NCBI GenBank assembly: GCA_019058245.1
Contig: JAHPZJ010000006.1
Span: forward strand, 32,001 to 96,000
Origin: Promethearchaeota archaeon
GTDB lineage: Archaea; Asgardarchaeota; Lokiarchaeia; Sigyniarchaeales; SOKP01
Direction: 5' to 3'
DNA length: 64,000 nucleotides
Position numbers and translations under genes: made by a program. Shown here piece after piece: positions 21,201 to 29,731 of this stretch. The stretch's first letter is position 1. The number at the start of each line of letters is the position of its first letter. The notes under the pieces are model-generated. The model had not been told where the DNA came from and did not search any database. It saw nothing but the letters and a program-made list of their open reading frames with translations.

Positions 21201-21769
21201 CCTAATGCTAAAACAATAGCTCCAACATTTAGAGTAGTGGATTTATCTTCTAAAGTATAATCTATTGCTTTTGCTTTACATACACCCTTACAAAATCCGC
21301 ATCCAATACATAATTCTTGATCAATTGAAAAAACCAATGGAACTGCTTGTGGAAATTTTACTGATATTGCTGATCTATTTGAAAGTCCCTCATTAAAAAA
21401 ATCAATAGCCTCTACTGGACATTCTTGAGCGCACACACCGCACCCAGTACATTTTTCTTGATCTAATAATAGAGATCTCTGTTTTAACTCAACAGTAAAA
21501 TTACCAGGATTTCCATCTATTTTTTCCAAATTTGTATTAATCAAAAGTGTGATATTTTCATGGCGTCCTGCTGCAACCAGTTTGGGAGCCAAAATACAGA
21601 TTGAACAATCATTAGTAGGAAAGGTCTTGTCTAATTGAGACATAACTCCTCCAATGCTCATCGATGATTCTACTAAATAAACTTTAAAACCTGAATCTGC
21701 TAAATCCATTGAAGCTTGAATTCCTGCAATTCCTCCACCTACAACTAATACTGATCCTATTTTTTCCAT
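18278..21769 (-). CDS. hdrA: Large HdrA-type flavoprotein (two FAD modules) fused to C-terminal MvhD
   Basis: Two GGGxxG FAD motifs, LDKTFPTNDC, CVGSR, YCSxxCC, CHCG, LEAHVKLRP, ferredoxin motifs; C-terminal FLCNWCSYAGAD...GCHLGDCHY. Confidence 0.92.
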   Translation of the reverse strand: MEKIGSVLVVGGGIAGIQASMDLADSGFKVYLVESSMSIGGVMSQLDKTFPTNDCSICILAPKLVAAGRHENITLLINTNLEKIDGNPGNFTVELKQRSLLLDQEKCTGCGVCAQECPVEAIDFFNEGLSNRSAISVKFPQAVPLVFSIDQELCIGCGFCKGVCKAKAIDYTLEDKSTTLNVGAIVLALGFDEYDPGPTQQYGYGKYLNVITSIQFERILSASGPHSGLILRPSDGIIPKKVAFLQCVGSRDKKHGAEYCSSVCCMYTAKEAVIAKEHMEIIEPTIFSMDVRAVGKDFDKYIERAQNEYGVRYIRSRISDIKEISETKDLILHYENEEGKVISETFNLVVLAVGALPNHSTKALAKKLNIELNSYNFCKTKPFSPVESSREGIYVCGMISEPKDIPETVVEASAAAGAVNILLSDVRNTLVTEKELPKERDTIGEPPRIGVFICHCGINIGGVVDVPEVVEYANKLPDVIHAERNLYTCSADTQTNIKEQIKEHNLNRVIVASCTPRTHEPLFQATIREAGLNKYLFDLANIRDQCSWVHMHEPEEATEKAKDLVRMAVARARKLVPLQEQQVEVIHKGMVIGGGVAGMTAALNLANQGFEVFLIEKSKRLGGFSNNIYHTLEKHDVQELLKDLINKVKNHKLINIFLNARINSIGGYVCNFTTNITFGGDKQKKEFQHGIIIVATGAHEYQPKDGEFLFGKDERVILQSDLEKILFTEEEKIKQLNSIVMLQCVGSRNEEHPYCSRMCCSEAIKNALKVKEINPNLNITVLYRDIRTYGFKEKYYNLAREKGVIFIRFKDEQPPEIKLENGNLSIYIKKRDIGDIKINADLVALSAGIVADGEANENLAKMLKVPVNDDEFFLEAHVKLRPSDFATDGIFLCGTSRGTATIRESIAQAMSAASRATTILSKDILKTEGIISKVDPALCIGCNRCAEVCNYGAVGVKYEEGLMISEVNPLLCKGCGDCAAECPAEAITMSHFGRIQIEPMIAEAAKVTVADGRPRIVAFLCNWCSYAGADLAGVSRYQYPPNVRTIRVMCSGGIPKSFILQAFLEGADGVFIGGCHLGDCHYIAGNQDTLRRTEEIEQIIESLGINPARFMRKWVSASEGKIFAETIKEFTEKLQKLGPIENDYKKEKKEIKKEEKKEIILTE

Positions 21770-21771
21770 GT

Positions 21772-22542
21772 CTAAACCTCTTTAATCGAAATAAAAGTGG
21801 GAATTTCTTCATTTATTTGATCAACATCAACAAGACCTCGAGCACGAAGAGTTACAATATGCTGTAATACCTTATGAGGTTCTATTTTAATTTCCTTCGC
21901 GATTTCTGGAACAGATTTTCCTTCATTCTTAATTTTTTCCAGAATTTTATGACGAATAAACTCATTTTCAATAGCATTATCAAGGATTTCCTCAAATTCT
22001 TCTATAGGTATTATGTTCCCATACACATTTCCCTCAGTTGTTAATTCCCTTTGACGAGCAACTAAAGCTCTTAACCGTGAATCACATAAAGCAAATTTAG
22101 TAGCACTTAAATTATCGAGAATTTGTTTTTTTAATTTATCATTTTTGATAGGAGATGGCCCAAGTTTACGGATATGTTCAGTAAATTCTGTGACTATTTC
22201 AGCGAATCTGTTTCCTTCTGCAGCTGAAACCCAATCAAGCCGTACTCGATCTGCGAAATTGATCATTGATAATACTTTTCCTAACATTTTCATTTTTAAT
22301 TCTGCTTCATAATTTCCACTTATATAATGACAGTCTCCTAAATGACATCCTAAAACAAGGACTCCATCAATGCCATTCATAAAAGCTTCAGCAATAAATA
22401 CAGGATCGACTCTTCCAGAACACATAACTCGTATAACTCTAACATTTGTTGGATATTGGATTCGACTAACACCTGCGAGGTCTGCACCTGCATAGGAACA
22501 CCAATTACATAAAAATCCTAAAATTTTTGGTTCAAATACCAT
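21772..22542 (-). CDS. mvhD: MvhD/FlpD 2Fe-2S subunit with C-terminal winged HTH
   Basis: FLCNWCSYAGADLAG, MCSGRVD, GCHLGDCHY, WVSAAEG; C-terminal SVPEIAKEI...VLQHIVTLRARGLV. Confidence 0.9.
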   Translation of the reverse strand: MVFEPKILGFLCNWCSYAGADLAGVSRIQYPTNVRVIRVMCSGRVDPVFIAEAFMNGIDGVLVLGCHLGDCHYISGNYEAELKMKMLGKVLSMINFADRVRLDWVSAAEGNRFAEIVTEFTEHIRKLGPSPIKNDKLKKQILDNLSATKFALCDSRLRALVARQRELTTEGNVYGNIIPIEEFEEILDNAIENEFIRHKILEKIKNEGKSVPEIAKEIKIEPHKVLQHIVTLRARGLVDVDQINEEIPTFISIKEV

Positions 22543-24210
22543 CTAATCTCCACCTCCGTAAGTTACAATTTCAGCTATAATTTGATCTGATGTGAAATGA
22601 TGTATAATAATGGCGTTCTGAGGACAACTAGCACCACAAACTCCACATCCTTTACAAACAACTTTATTAACTACTGCAGTATCAGTTTCTTCATCTTTAG
22701 ATATTGCACTATATGGACAAATCTTTATACATGCTTCACATCCTATGCATAAATCAGGATTAACTTCGGCAGTAGAACCTTCTACTTCTAGCATTTCTTT
22801 GGAAAGAATTGTACTAGCTCTCGAAGCTGCTGCATTTGATTGTGATATACTTTCTGAAATATCTGCTGGCCAATGAGCAGATCCACACACAAATACTCCA
22901 TCTGTAGCAAAATCAACAGGTCTTAATTTCACATGAGCTTCTAAAAAGAAGTTATTTTCTTCTAATGGAACTTTTAACATTTTTGCTAATCGCTCTGAAT
23001 CTTCATTAGCAATAAGAGGCATTGATAATACTACAAGATCATGGGGAATTCCAATAACTTGATTCATAAATTCATTATAAACTTCAAGATGATCCTCCTT
23101 AATAATTGGAGGTTTATCTGGTAAATATTTTATAAATATTATTCCCATTTCTCTTGCTCTTCTATAGTATTCCTCATAAGTAACACCCTGTGCTTGTATA
23201 TCTCTAAAAATTATGGTAATATTAGCATCTGGATTTTGTTCCTTGATTAAAATTGCATTTTTAAGAGCGGTCATACAACATATATTAGAACAGTATCTTC
23301 GTTCTTCATTTCTACACCCTACACATTGAATCATTGCAATATTTTTAGCGTTAACTGAATTTTCTTTTAACAATCCCTCTAATTCTAATTGACTTATTAT
23401 AGTTTTCCCATTATAATTATAATATCCTTCAGGTGATAATACCCTTGCTCCTGTAGCAACGATAATTGCACCTACCTCAATTTCTATCATTTTTTTCTCT
23501 TGTAGAATAACTATTTTATAGTTTCCAACATATCCTTCAATCTTTTCTATCGTTGCAGATTTATATACATCTATTTCTTTATGGCTTTCTGCTAAATTTC
23601 TTGTTTCTAATATATTTGAAGCATCTTCATTAGTAGGATATGTTTTATGGAGATGTCTAATTAGTCCTCCTAATTCAGAATCTTTTTCTATCAAACTTAC
23701 TTTAAAACTTTGATTTGCTAAAGTTAATGCAGCATTCATCCCTGCAATTCCTCCACCTATTACTGCTGCAGAAGGTATTACGCTAACTTGCATTTTTTCT
23801 AGTGGTTCTAATAAAGATGCCTTGTATACACTCATTCTAATGAGATCTTTAGCTTTTTCAGTGCCTTTTTGTGGTTCTTTCATATGTACCCAAGAATCCT
23901 GATCACGAATATTTACCATTTCAAATAAATAGGGATTTAGACCTGCCTCTTGACATGTTGATCGAAATAAAGGTTCATGAGTTCGAGGAGAACACGATGC
24001 TACAATAACACGATTTAAATTATGTTCCTTAATGTTTTCCCTGATATTACTTAACCCAACTTCTGAACATGTATAAAGATTTCCAGCACTATAAGCTACA
24101 TTTGGTAGTGTTTTGGTATATTCTATTAGTTCAGTGATATCTAAAACTCCACCGATATTTGTACCACAGTGACAAATAAAAACTCCAATTCTAATATCTT
24201 CATTTGACAT
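22543..24210 (-). CDS. hdrA: HdrA-type flavoprotein (equivalent to the middle part of the large HdrA)
   Basis: RIGVFICHCG, ASCSPRTHE, GGGIAG, YCSNICC, LEAHVKLRPVDF, two C-terminal 4Fe-4S motifs. Confidence 0.9.
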   Translation of the reverse strand: MSNEDIRIGVFICHCGTNIGGVLDITELIEYTKTLPNVAYSAGNLYTCSEVGLSNIRENIKEHNLNRVIVASCSPRTHEPLFRSTCQEAGLNPYLFEMVNIRDQDSWVHMKEPQKGTEKAKDLIRMSVYKASLLEPLEKMQVSVIPSAAVIGGGIAGMNAALTLANQSFKVSLIEKDSELGGLIRHLHKTYPTNEDASNILETRNLAESHKEIDVYKSATIEKIEGYVGNYKIVILQEKKMIEIEVGAIIVATGARVLSPEGYYNYNGKTIISQLELEGLLKENSVNAKNIAMIQCVGCRNEERRYCSNICCMTALKNAILIKEQNPDANITIIFRDIQAQGVTYEEYYRRAREMGIIFIKYLPDKPPIIKEDHLEVYNEFMNQVIGIPHDLVVLSMPLIANEDSERLAKMLKVPLEENNFFLEAHVKLRPVDFATDGVFVCGSAHWPADISESISQSNAAASRASTILSKEMLEVEGSTAEVNPDLCIGCEACIKICPYSAISKDEETDTAVVNKVVCKGCGVCGASCPQNAIIIHHFTSDQIIAEIVTYGGGD

Positions 24211-24215
24211 TTTTT

Positions 24216-25511
24216 TTACCCCCTCATAATTGCTTCAGCTGCCTTAGCTGCCGCTCCACTTGCATCCACTACTGAACTTGGGATGTCCATTGGTTCTCTA
24301 CAAGCTCCACAGAGAAATATTCCTTCTTTAGAGGATATTTGTGGATAGTAACTATTTGCTTTGAAAAAATTGAAATCATTTGTTTTAATTCCTAATATTT
24401 TAGCTAAAGTTACAGCATCTTTTTTTGGTACCATAGTAGTAGCTAATATTACTAAGTCAAATTTAAATTGTTTAACTTGTGAGGTATTAATATCTTCATA
24501 AACAATGATAGGATTTCTCTGTTCATCTTCTAAAATCTTAGCTACTTTTCCCTTGATGTATGAAATAGCGTATTTATTTTCTCCCCTTTCAATATATTCT
24601 CGAAATCCTTTACCTGCGGCTCGAAGATCGATGTAAAATATCGAAGTTTCTATTTCATTATTATGCTCATAAGCAATCATAGCTTCTTTAGTAGTATACA
24701 TACAACAACAAGATGAACAATATGGATTGTTCTTTATATCCCTTGAACCTACACAATTAATAAAAGCTAATTTTTTTGGCTCATTTTTATCTGATGGTCT
24801 TGTTAAATGTCCACCTAAAGGTCCAGAAGCGGAAATTAATCTTTCAAATTCTAAAGCAGTAACAACGTTGGGATATCGACCATAACCTAATGAATTAAGA
24901 GATTTTGGATTAAATATATCGTAACCCGTTGCCACAATGATTGAACCAACGTTTAATTCAATTTCTTCATCTTCTTGATCGAAATCGATTGCTTCTCTTT
25001 CGCATACTTTTTCACATATTCTACAAGCATTTTTTGTAAAAAATAAACAATTTTCTCGATCTATAGTCATTATTGAGGGAACTCCTTGGACATAATCAAT
25101 ATAAATTGCTCTACGTTTTCTTAATTTCATATCAAATTCATCCTCCACTCTCATTGGACATTTTTCTATACATTGACCACAATTTATACATTCATCTTCC
25201 TTTACATATCGAGCCTTTTTAAAAATTTTCACTTTAAAATCCCCTTGTTGACCTGATAAATTTTTAACCTCTGAAAGAGTATGTAAAGTAATATTGGGAT
25301 GTCTGAAACACTCTGCTAGCTTAGGAGCTAAAATACAGATAGAACAATCATTTGTAGGAAAAGTTTTATCAAGTTGAGCCATCCGACCTCCAATACAGGC
25401 ATTTTTTTCAATTAAATCAACTTTGATACCTCTTTCAGCTAAATCTAAAGATGCTTGAATTCCTGCAATTCCTCCACCAATAACCATTACATTTTTTGAA
25501 ATTTTACTCAA
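24216..25511 (-). CDS. hdrA: HdrA-type flavoprotein (equivalent to the N-terminal part of the large HdrA)
   Basis: GGGIAG, LDKTFPTNDCSICILAPKL, ferredoxin insert, FERL.SASGP, CVGSR, YCSSCCC, PMDIP. Confidence 0.9.
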   Translation of the reverse strand: MSKISKNVMVIGGGIAGIQASLDLAERGIKVDLIEKNACIGGRMAQLDKTFPTNDCSICILAPKLAECFRHPNITLHTLSEVKNLSGQQGDFKVKIFKKARYVKEDECINCGQCIEKCPMRVEDEFDMKLRKRRAIYIDYVQGVPSIMTIDRENCLFFTKNACRICEKVCEREAIDFDQEDEEIELNVGSIIVATGYDIFNPKSLNSLGYGRYPNVVTALEFERLISASGPLGGHLTRPSDKNEPKKLAFINCVGSRDIKNNPYCSSCCCMYTTKEAMIAYEHNNEIETSIFYIDLRAAGKGFREYIERGENKYAISYIKGKVAKILEDEQRNPIIVYEDINTSQVKQFKFDLVILATTMVPKKDAVTLAKILGIKTNDFNFFKANSYYPQISSKEGIFLCGACREPMDIPSSVVDASGAAAKAAEAIMRG

Positions 25512-25531
25512 ATTTGAACACCTCTTACCCT

Positions 25532-26401
25532 TTAAGTAATTTTTTGCAGAACATCATTAACTTTAATCCTATGGAAATTCAATCCAAGTTTTTCTGTATT
25601 CATTCCCATAGCTAAAGCAATAAGTTCGGTAATATAAAAAACGGGAAAATTATAATCTGTATTATTTCTTTTATTTATTTCTCTCTGATTGAAATCGAAT
25701 TGTTGAAAACAAGCGGGACATATAACGGCAATACAATCTGTTCCTGCTTCTTTCATACTTTTAAGTTTGTTCTCTAGCATAATTAATGAGATCTCTTTAT
25801 CAGTTTTTTCTACTGGATTTCCACAACAATCATTCTTCAGATTATAATCAACTGGATCTGCTCCAATTATTTCTATTAATTTATCTAATGTTTGGGGATT
25901 AAGTGGATCATCCCAATTCATTATCTCAGATGGGCGTAAATAATGACATCCAGGGTGACCTGCAACTTTTAAATCTTTTAATGGTTTTTTAACCATTTTT
26001 TTAATTTTTTCAATGTTTTCATATAATACTTCAGCAAAATGCTTAATATCAATATTCCCTTTGTAGGACATTCCTATTGCCTTTAATTTGGAATTGATTA
26101 CTTCTTTCTTCTCATTATCATTATCTAAAATATATTTAATTGTTTTAAGAGATTCTGTACATCCAGAACAAAGACTTAATACGTTACTCTTACTTTTTTC
26201 AAAAAGACATAAATTTCTTGCTCCTAAGGCTAAGAATGATTCATGGTCTAGTTGAGCTGCTCCTGTAGGATCTGGACAACATGAACAATTAGCTTGATCT
26301 CCTACTTTCATCCCAATTTTTTCAAATGTTTTTCGCGCTGATGCTTCTAAAAATGGAAGTCTTCCAGGGATAACACACCCTAAAAAATAGTTATACGACA
26401 T
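25532..26401 (-). CDS. hdrB: Heterodisulfide reductase subunit B (CCG domains)
   Basis: FLGC, SCCP, HPGCH..RP, CCG, CPACF.QFD. Confidence 0.92.
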   Translation of the reverse strand: MSYNYFLGCVIPGRLPFLEASARKTFEKIGMKVGDQANCSCCPDPTGAAQLDHESFLALGARNLCLFEKSKSNVLSLCSGCTESLKTIKYILDNDNEKKEVINSKLKAIGMSYKGNIDIKHFAEVLYENIEKIKKMVKKPLKDLKVAGHPGCHYLRPSEIMNWDDPLNPQTLDKLIEIIGADPVDYNLKNDCCGNPVEKTDKEISLIMLENKLKSMKEAGTDCIAVICPACFQQFDFNQREINKRNNTDYNFPVFYITELIALAMGMNTEKLGLNFHRIKVNDVLQKIT

Positions 26402-26402
26402 T

Positions 26403-26909
26403 TTATTTACTTACCTCCAATATTTTTATTTTCTTCTTAAAATCAGTAGCTTCTAATAATTTTTTAATCTCATTAATGTCAGCAGACTCTACTTTTGGGA
26501 GTTCTAATTGTTCTCTCCTGCGAATAATTGGTTGAGTTAGCGGGATTGCTAAACCATTTTCGATTACACTTATTGCTTGTGTTTTAAATGTCTCGGGATA
26601 AGGTTCTCCTTCTGACACAATCCTGTTTTTAATCCTTTCAAATATTTCTGTTAAAAAAACATTTTGAGGACATTCTTCTACACACATCTGACACGTACAA
26701 CATAACCATATATTAGGTTTTTGATCTTTTATTAACAAGTCTTTGAGCCCTAAAAGTGATTGTTCAATAATTTTTCGTGGGTTATATTCACCTTCTGTAA
26801 CAAGAGCTACTGGACACGAGCTAGAACAAGTTCCGCATTGATAACAATAATTTAGTGAGAAATCTTCCTTTATGAGTTCATTTCGAAATTCAAATTCAAC
26901 CATTTGCAT
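26403..26909 (-). CDS. hdrC: Heterodisulfide reductase subunit C
   Basis: CYQCGTCSSSCP, NPRK, WLCCTCQMCVEECP. Confidence 0.92.
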   Translation of the reverse strand: MQMVEFEFRNELIKEDFSLNYCYQCGTCSSSCPVALVTEGEYNPRKIIEQSLLGLKDLLIKDQKPNIWLCCTCQMCVEECPQNVFLTEIFERIKNRIVSEGEPYPETFKTQAISVIENGLAIPLTQPIIRRREQLELPKVESADINEIKKLLEATDFKKKIKILEVSK

Positions 26910-27497
26910 AATTTTTCAAACCAAAAATTAATTAATTCAATATGTTTTAAATTCTAATTTTCTAAATTTATAAATATTGATGATTTTAATAACTTATTTA
27001 TTGTATTTTTGATTAATTCAGTAATTTTTCCCAATATTATAATTAAGATCGATCTTCGTATTTAAATATTATTTACCAAGTCGGATTTAAATAACTTTTT
27101 TTAAAATCTCCGACATTTTTATGTACCATTTCAAATAAAAAGTAATGAAAAAGTATTAAATTACAAATTTTATTACTTTTAAAATTATCAATTTTAAGTA
27201 TTATTTCAAAATATGATAAAAGAAGGTTGAATTTCTTTAAAAATAGTAATTTAAAAAAAAAAACAAAACTGGAAAAAAAATGAATATTTGTATATTTTTA
27301 TTTGAATAAATAAATGATTAAGGTTATTTTTGCATGTTTTTGTTTATAAAAATTATCATATTTATAAATATTATAGAGTAGATAATCCTCCAGAAATTTG
27401 ATTTTCAACAAATATTAAATTTTAATTCAAAAAATTATATATTTTTATTAATTTTTAGGCAAAATATTCGTTTTACTTTAAAAACAAAAAAGAAAAA

Positions 27498-28586
27498 TTA
27501 AATTTGGTCAAATAGGGTTTGTATAAATTTACCAATTTTATTCAATGCATCTCTAGCTTCAGGTAAAAAATTTAACCCATATCCTTGAAAAACATGTACC
27601 ATACCATCCCACTCTTGTAATGTGGCATTTACTCCAGCAGCTTTAGCTTTCTCTACAAGACGTGTTGAATGATCATATAACATTTCACTTGTACTTACTT
27701 GTACTAAGAGAGGAGGCAACCCTCTTAAATCTCCAAAAAGAGGAGATGCTAACGGATCTTTTGGATCTGCTCCAGCCAAAAAAGCCTGAGTAAACCAAAA
27801 ATGACCTGAATTTGATAGTAAAGGATCTGATTTCGCATTTTCATAAATAGATCTACTTAAAGTGGTATGATCTGTCTGTGGTGACATTGCAACAGCACCT
27901 AAAGGTAATGATGAGCCTTCATCACGTAATTTTAGTAGAGTAGTTAGTGTTAAACTTCCTCCCGCTGAATCTCCAGCAATAATTATATTTTCAGGTTTAT
28001 ATCCCTTAGAAAGAAGCCAATGATACGCTTTAACGCAGTCTTCTAAAGGTGCTGGATGAGGATGTTCAGGTGCAAGGCGATAATCAACGCTCAATACACG
28101 CATTTTAGTTAATTTTGCTATCTCAATTGTTAATAATCTATGGGATTTCGGAGACATTACGATCATGGCTCCACCATGAAAGTATAAGAGAACTCTATCA
28201 TTTTTTGCTTCAGGAATGATTTGCCATTCTGCTGCAACTCCGTCAGCATCGACTTCTTCTACTTTTATACTTACTGGTACTGGATGTCGTTCTAAAGTCA
28301 TATTTGTAGTAAAATCAGAGATGAATCGAAAATATCTTGCCAAAAATAACATATCTTCATAGGATAATATTTTATGGAGTTCTTCCATATTTTCACTCTT
28401 ACTACATGCAATCTGAAGATATAGATCATTCCCTTTTGATACTTTGTTTAAACATGCTTTTAGATTAACTCCATTGTTTTCATCAAGTTTAAGAAATTCT
28501 TGAGTTGCTAATTTCTCAATCTTTCGCCTAGTTTCTACTAATTTAAGAATTTCGGGTCGAATTTTTGATTTTTCTACTTTTGACAT
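27498..28586 (-). CDS. HSL-family alpha/beta hydrolase (esterase/lipase)
   Basis: HGGA oxyanion motif, DYRLAPEHP, GDSAGG, HVF catalytic His. Confidence 0.9.
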   Translation of the reverse strand: MSKVEKSKIRPEILKLVETRRKIEKLATQEFLKLDENNGVNLKACLNKVSKGNDLYLQIACSKSENMEELHKILSYEDMLFLARYFRFISDFTTNMTLERHPVPVSIKVEEVDADGVAAEWQIIPEAKNDRVLLYFHGGAMIVMSPKSHRLLTIEIAKLTKMRVLSVDYRLAPEHPHPAPLEDCVKAYHWLLSKGYKPENIIIAGDSAGGSLTLTTLLKLRDEGSSLPLGAVAMSPQTDHTTLSRSIYENAKSDPLLSNSGHFWFTQAFLAGADPKDPLASPLFGDLRGLPPLLVQVSTSEMLYDHSTRLVEKAKAAGVNATLQEWDGMVHVFQGYGLNFLPEARDALNKIGKFIQTLFDQI

Positions 28587-29050
28587 CTTCTTTTAATTCC
28601 ATTTTTGTATTAAATAATATAAAGTTTTTTTTTATTGATGAGTTGGTTAAATTATCAAACAATTTTAATGATTCTGATAATGAAAAAAAGAGATAAAAAG
28701 AAAAAAAGAATTATTAATTTAGAGAAAAATCAAAATTTCTATAATTCTAACATAATTTTCAATCTCCAATTTTTCTAAATATTTGGAGATAAATAGTGAG
28801 AAAAACTTTTTTCAAAAGAATAAGAAAATTAAGTGAAATCTTAGTTAATTTTACAAATTTTTTTTTTAACTATTGCAAAAACTTGAAATGAAAATAATTA
28901 TTTTATTATATTTAAAGCATAAATGAAGTATTATAAATATTAAAAATATTATAATAAATATATTATCCAAATATATGATCCCTTTATATAAGATAAGATT
29001 AAAGTAAAATCTAAGTTAAACTTGCATTAATTAAAATTGGTGAAATTGCT

Positions 29051-29731
29051 ATTAAGATACTGGTGTCTGGTCCATTGCAATCTGGTAAATCAAGTTATAT
29101 AAAAGCATTAGATCCAAATGCTTTGAATGTAGAAGCAAAAGGAAAGGACGAGAAATTTTATACAGTGGGGATGGATCTTGGAAGTGTAAAGTTAAATGGA
29201 TTTGATTGTTATTTATTTGGTACACCAGGGCTTTTAAGATTTTCAATAATGAGAAGTATAGTCACCAATGGTTCTGATGGTATAATTTTTATTTTTGATG
29301 CTGCTGCTCCAGAAAAAGATGATAGTGCAATAGTAATACTGAATTCTATTCGAAAGATACTACCTTCAAATATTCCAGTGGTTTTTTTAGCAAATAAACA
29401 GGATCTTGAAGATGCTCGATCTCCAGAAGTAATCCGTTCCCAAAATTATTTGCCTGAAGATAGTAAAATCTTTCCTACAAGTACTAAAACAGGAGAGAAC
29501 CTAAAAGAATCGATTACTTATTTAGTAAATCATATTTATGAAGAATATTCATCACTACTTCAAACACTTCGTACATATGAAAATGATATTGAAGGTTTAG
29601 CTCAAGAATTAAAAAAAGATAAGGTTCAAATGCGAGATTTATTAAATAATTTAGAGATTAAACGTTTTATCGAAGTAGACAGAATTAAAAAGGTATATAA
29701 AGTTAGACACGGCTTGAAATACCTAGTCTAA
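29051..29731 (+). CDS. Small GTPase (MglA/CvnD-like) with C-terminal winged-helix domain; start probably upstream of the GTG at 29063
   Basis: (I)KILVSGPLQSGKSS, TVGMDLG, GTPGLLRF, NKQD, TST; C-terminal helices plus beta-wing. Confidence 0.8.
   Translation: MKILVSGPLQSGKSSYIKALDPNALNVEAKGKDEKFYTVGMDLGSVKLNGFDCYLFGTPGLLRFSIMRSIVTNGSDGIIFIFDAAAPEKDDSAIVILNSIRKILPSNIPVVFLANKQDLEDARSPEVIRSQNYLPEDSKIFPTSTKTGENLKESITYLVNHIYEEYSSLLQTLRTYENDIEGLAQELKKDKVQMRDLLNNLEIKRFIEVDRIKKVYKVRHGLKYLV

Noticed and set aside
24205-24220. Homopolymer frameshift splitting one hdrA gene
   Set aside because: The in-frame TAA precedes the A-run so an indel would not remove it; the linker of the fused paralogue is absent and an SD-like site precedes the second ATG.
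18278-26909. Selenocysteine recoding in HdrA/MvhD (these families include selenoproteins in some archaea)
   Set aside because: All ORFs are full length with Cys at the candidate motifs (CNWC, GCHLGDC); no in-frame TGA is needed.
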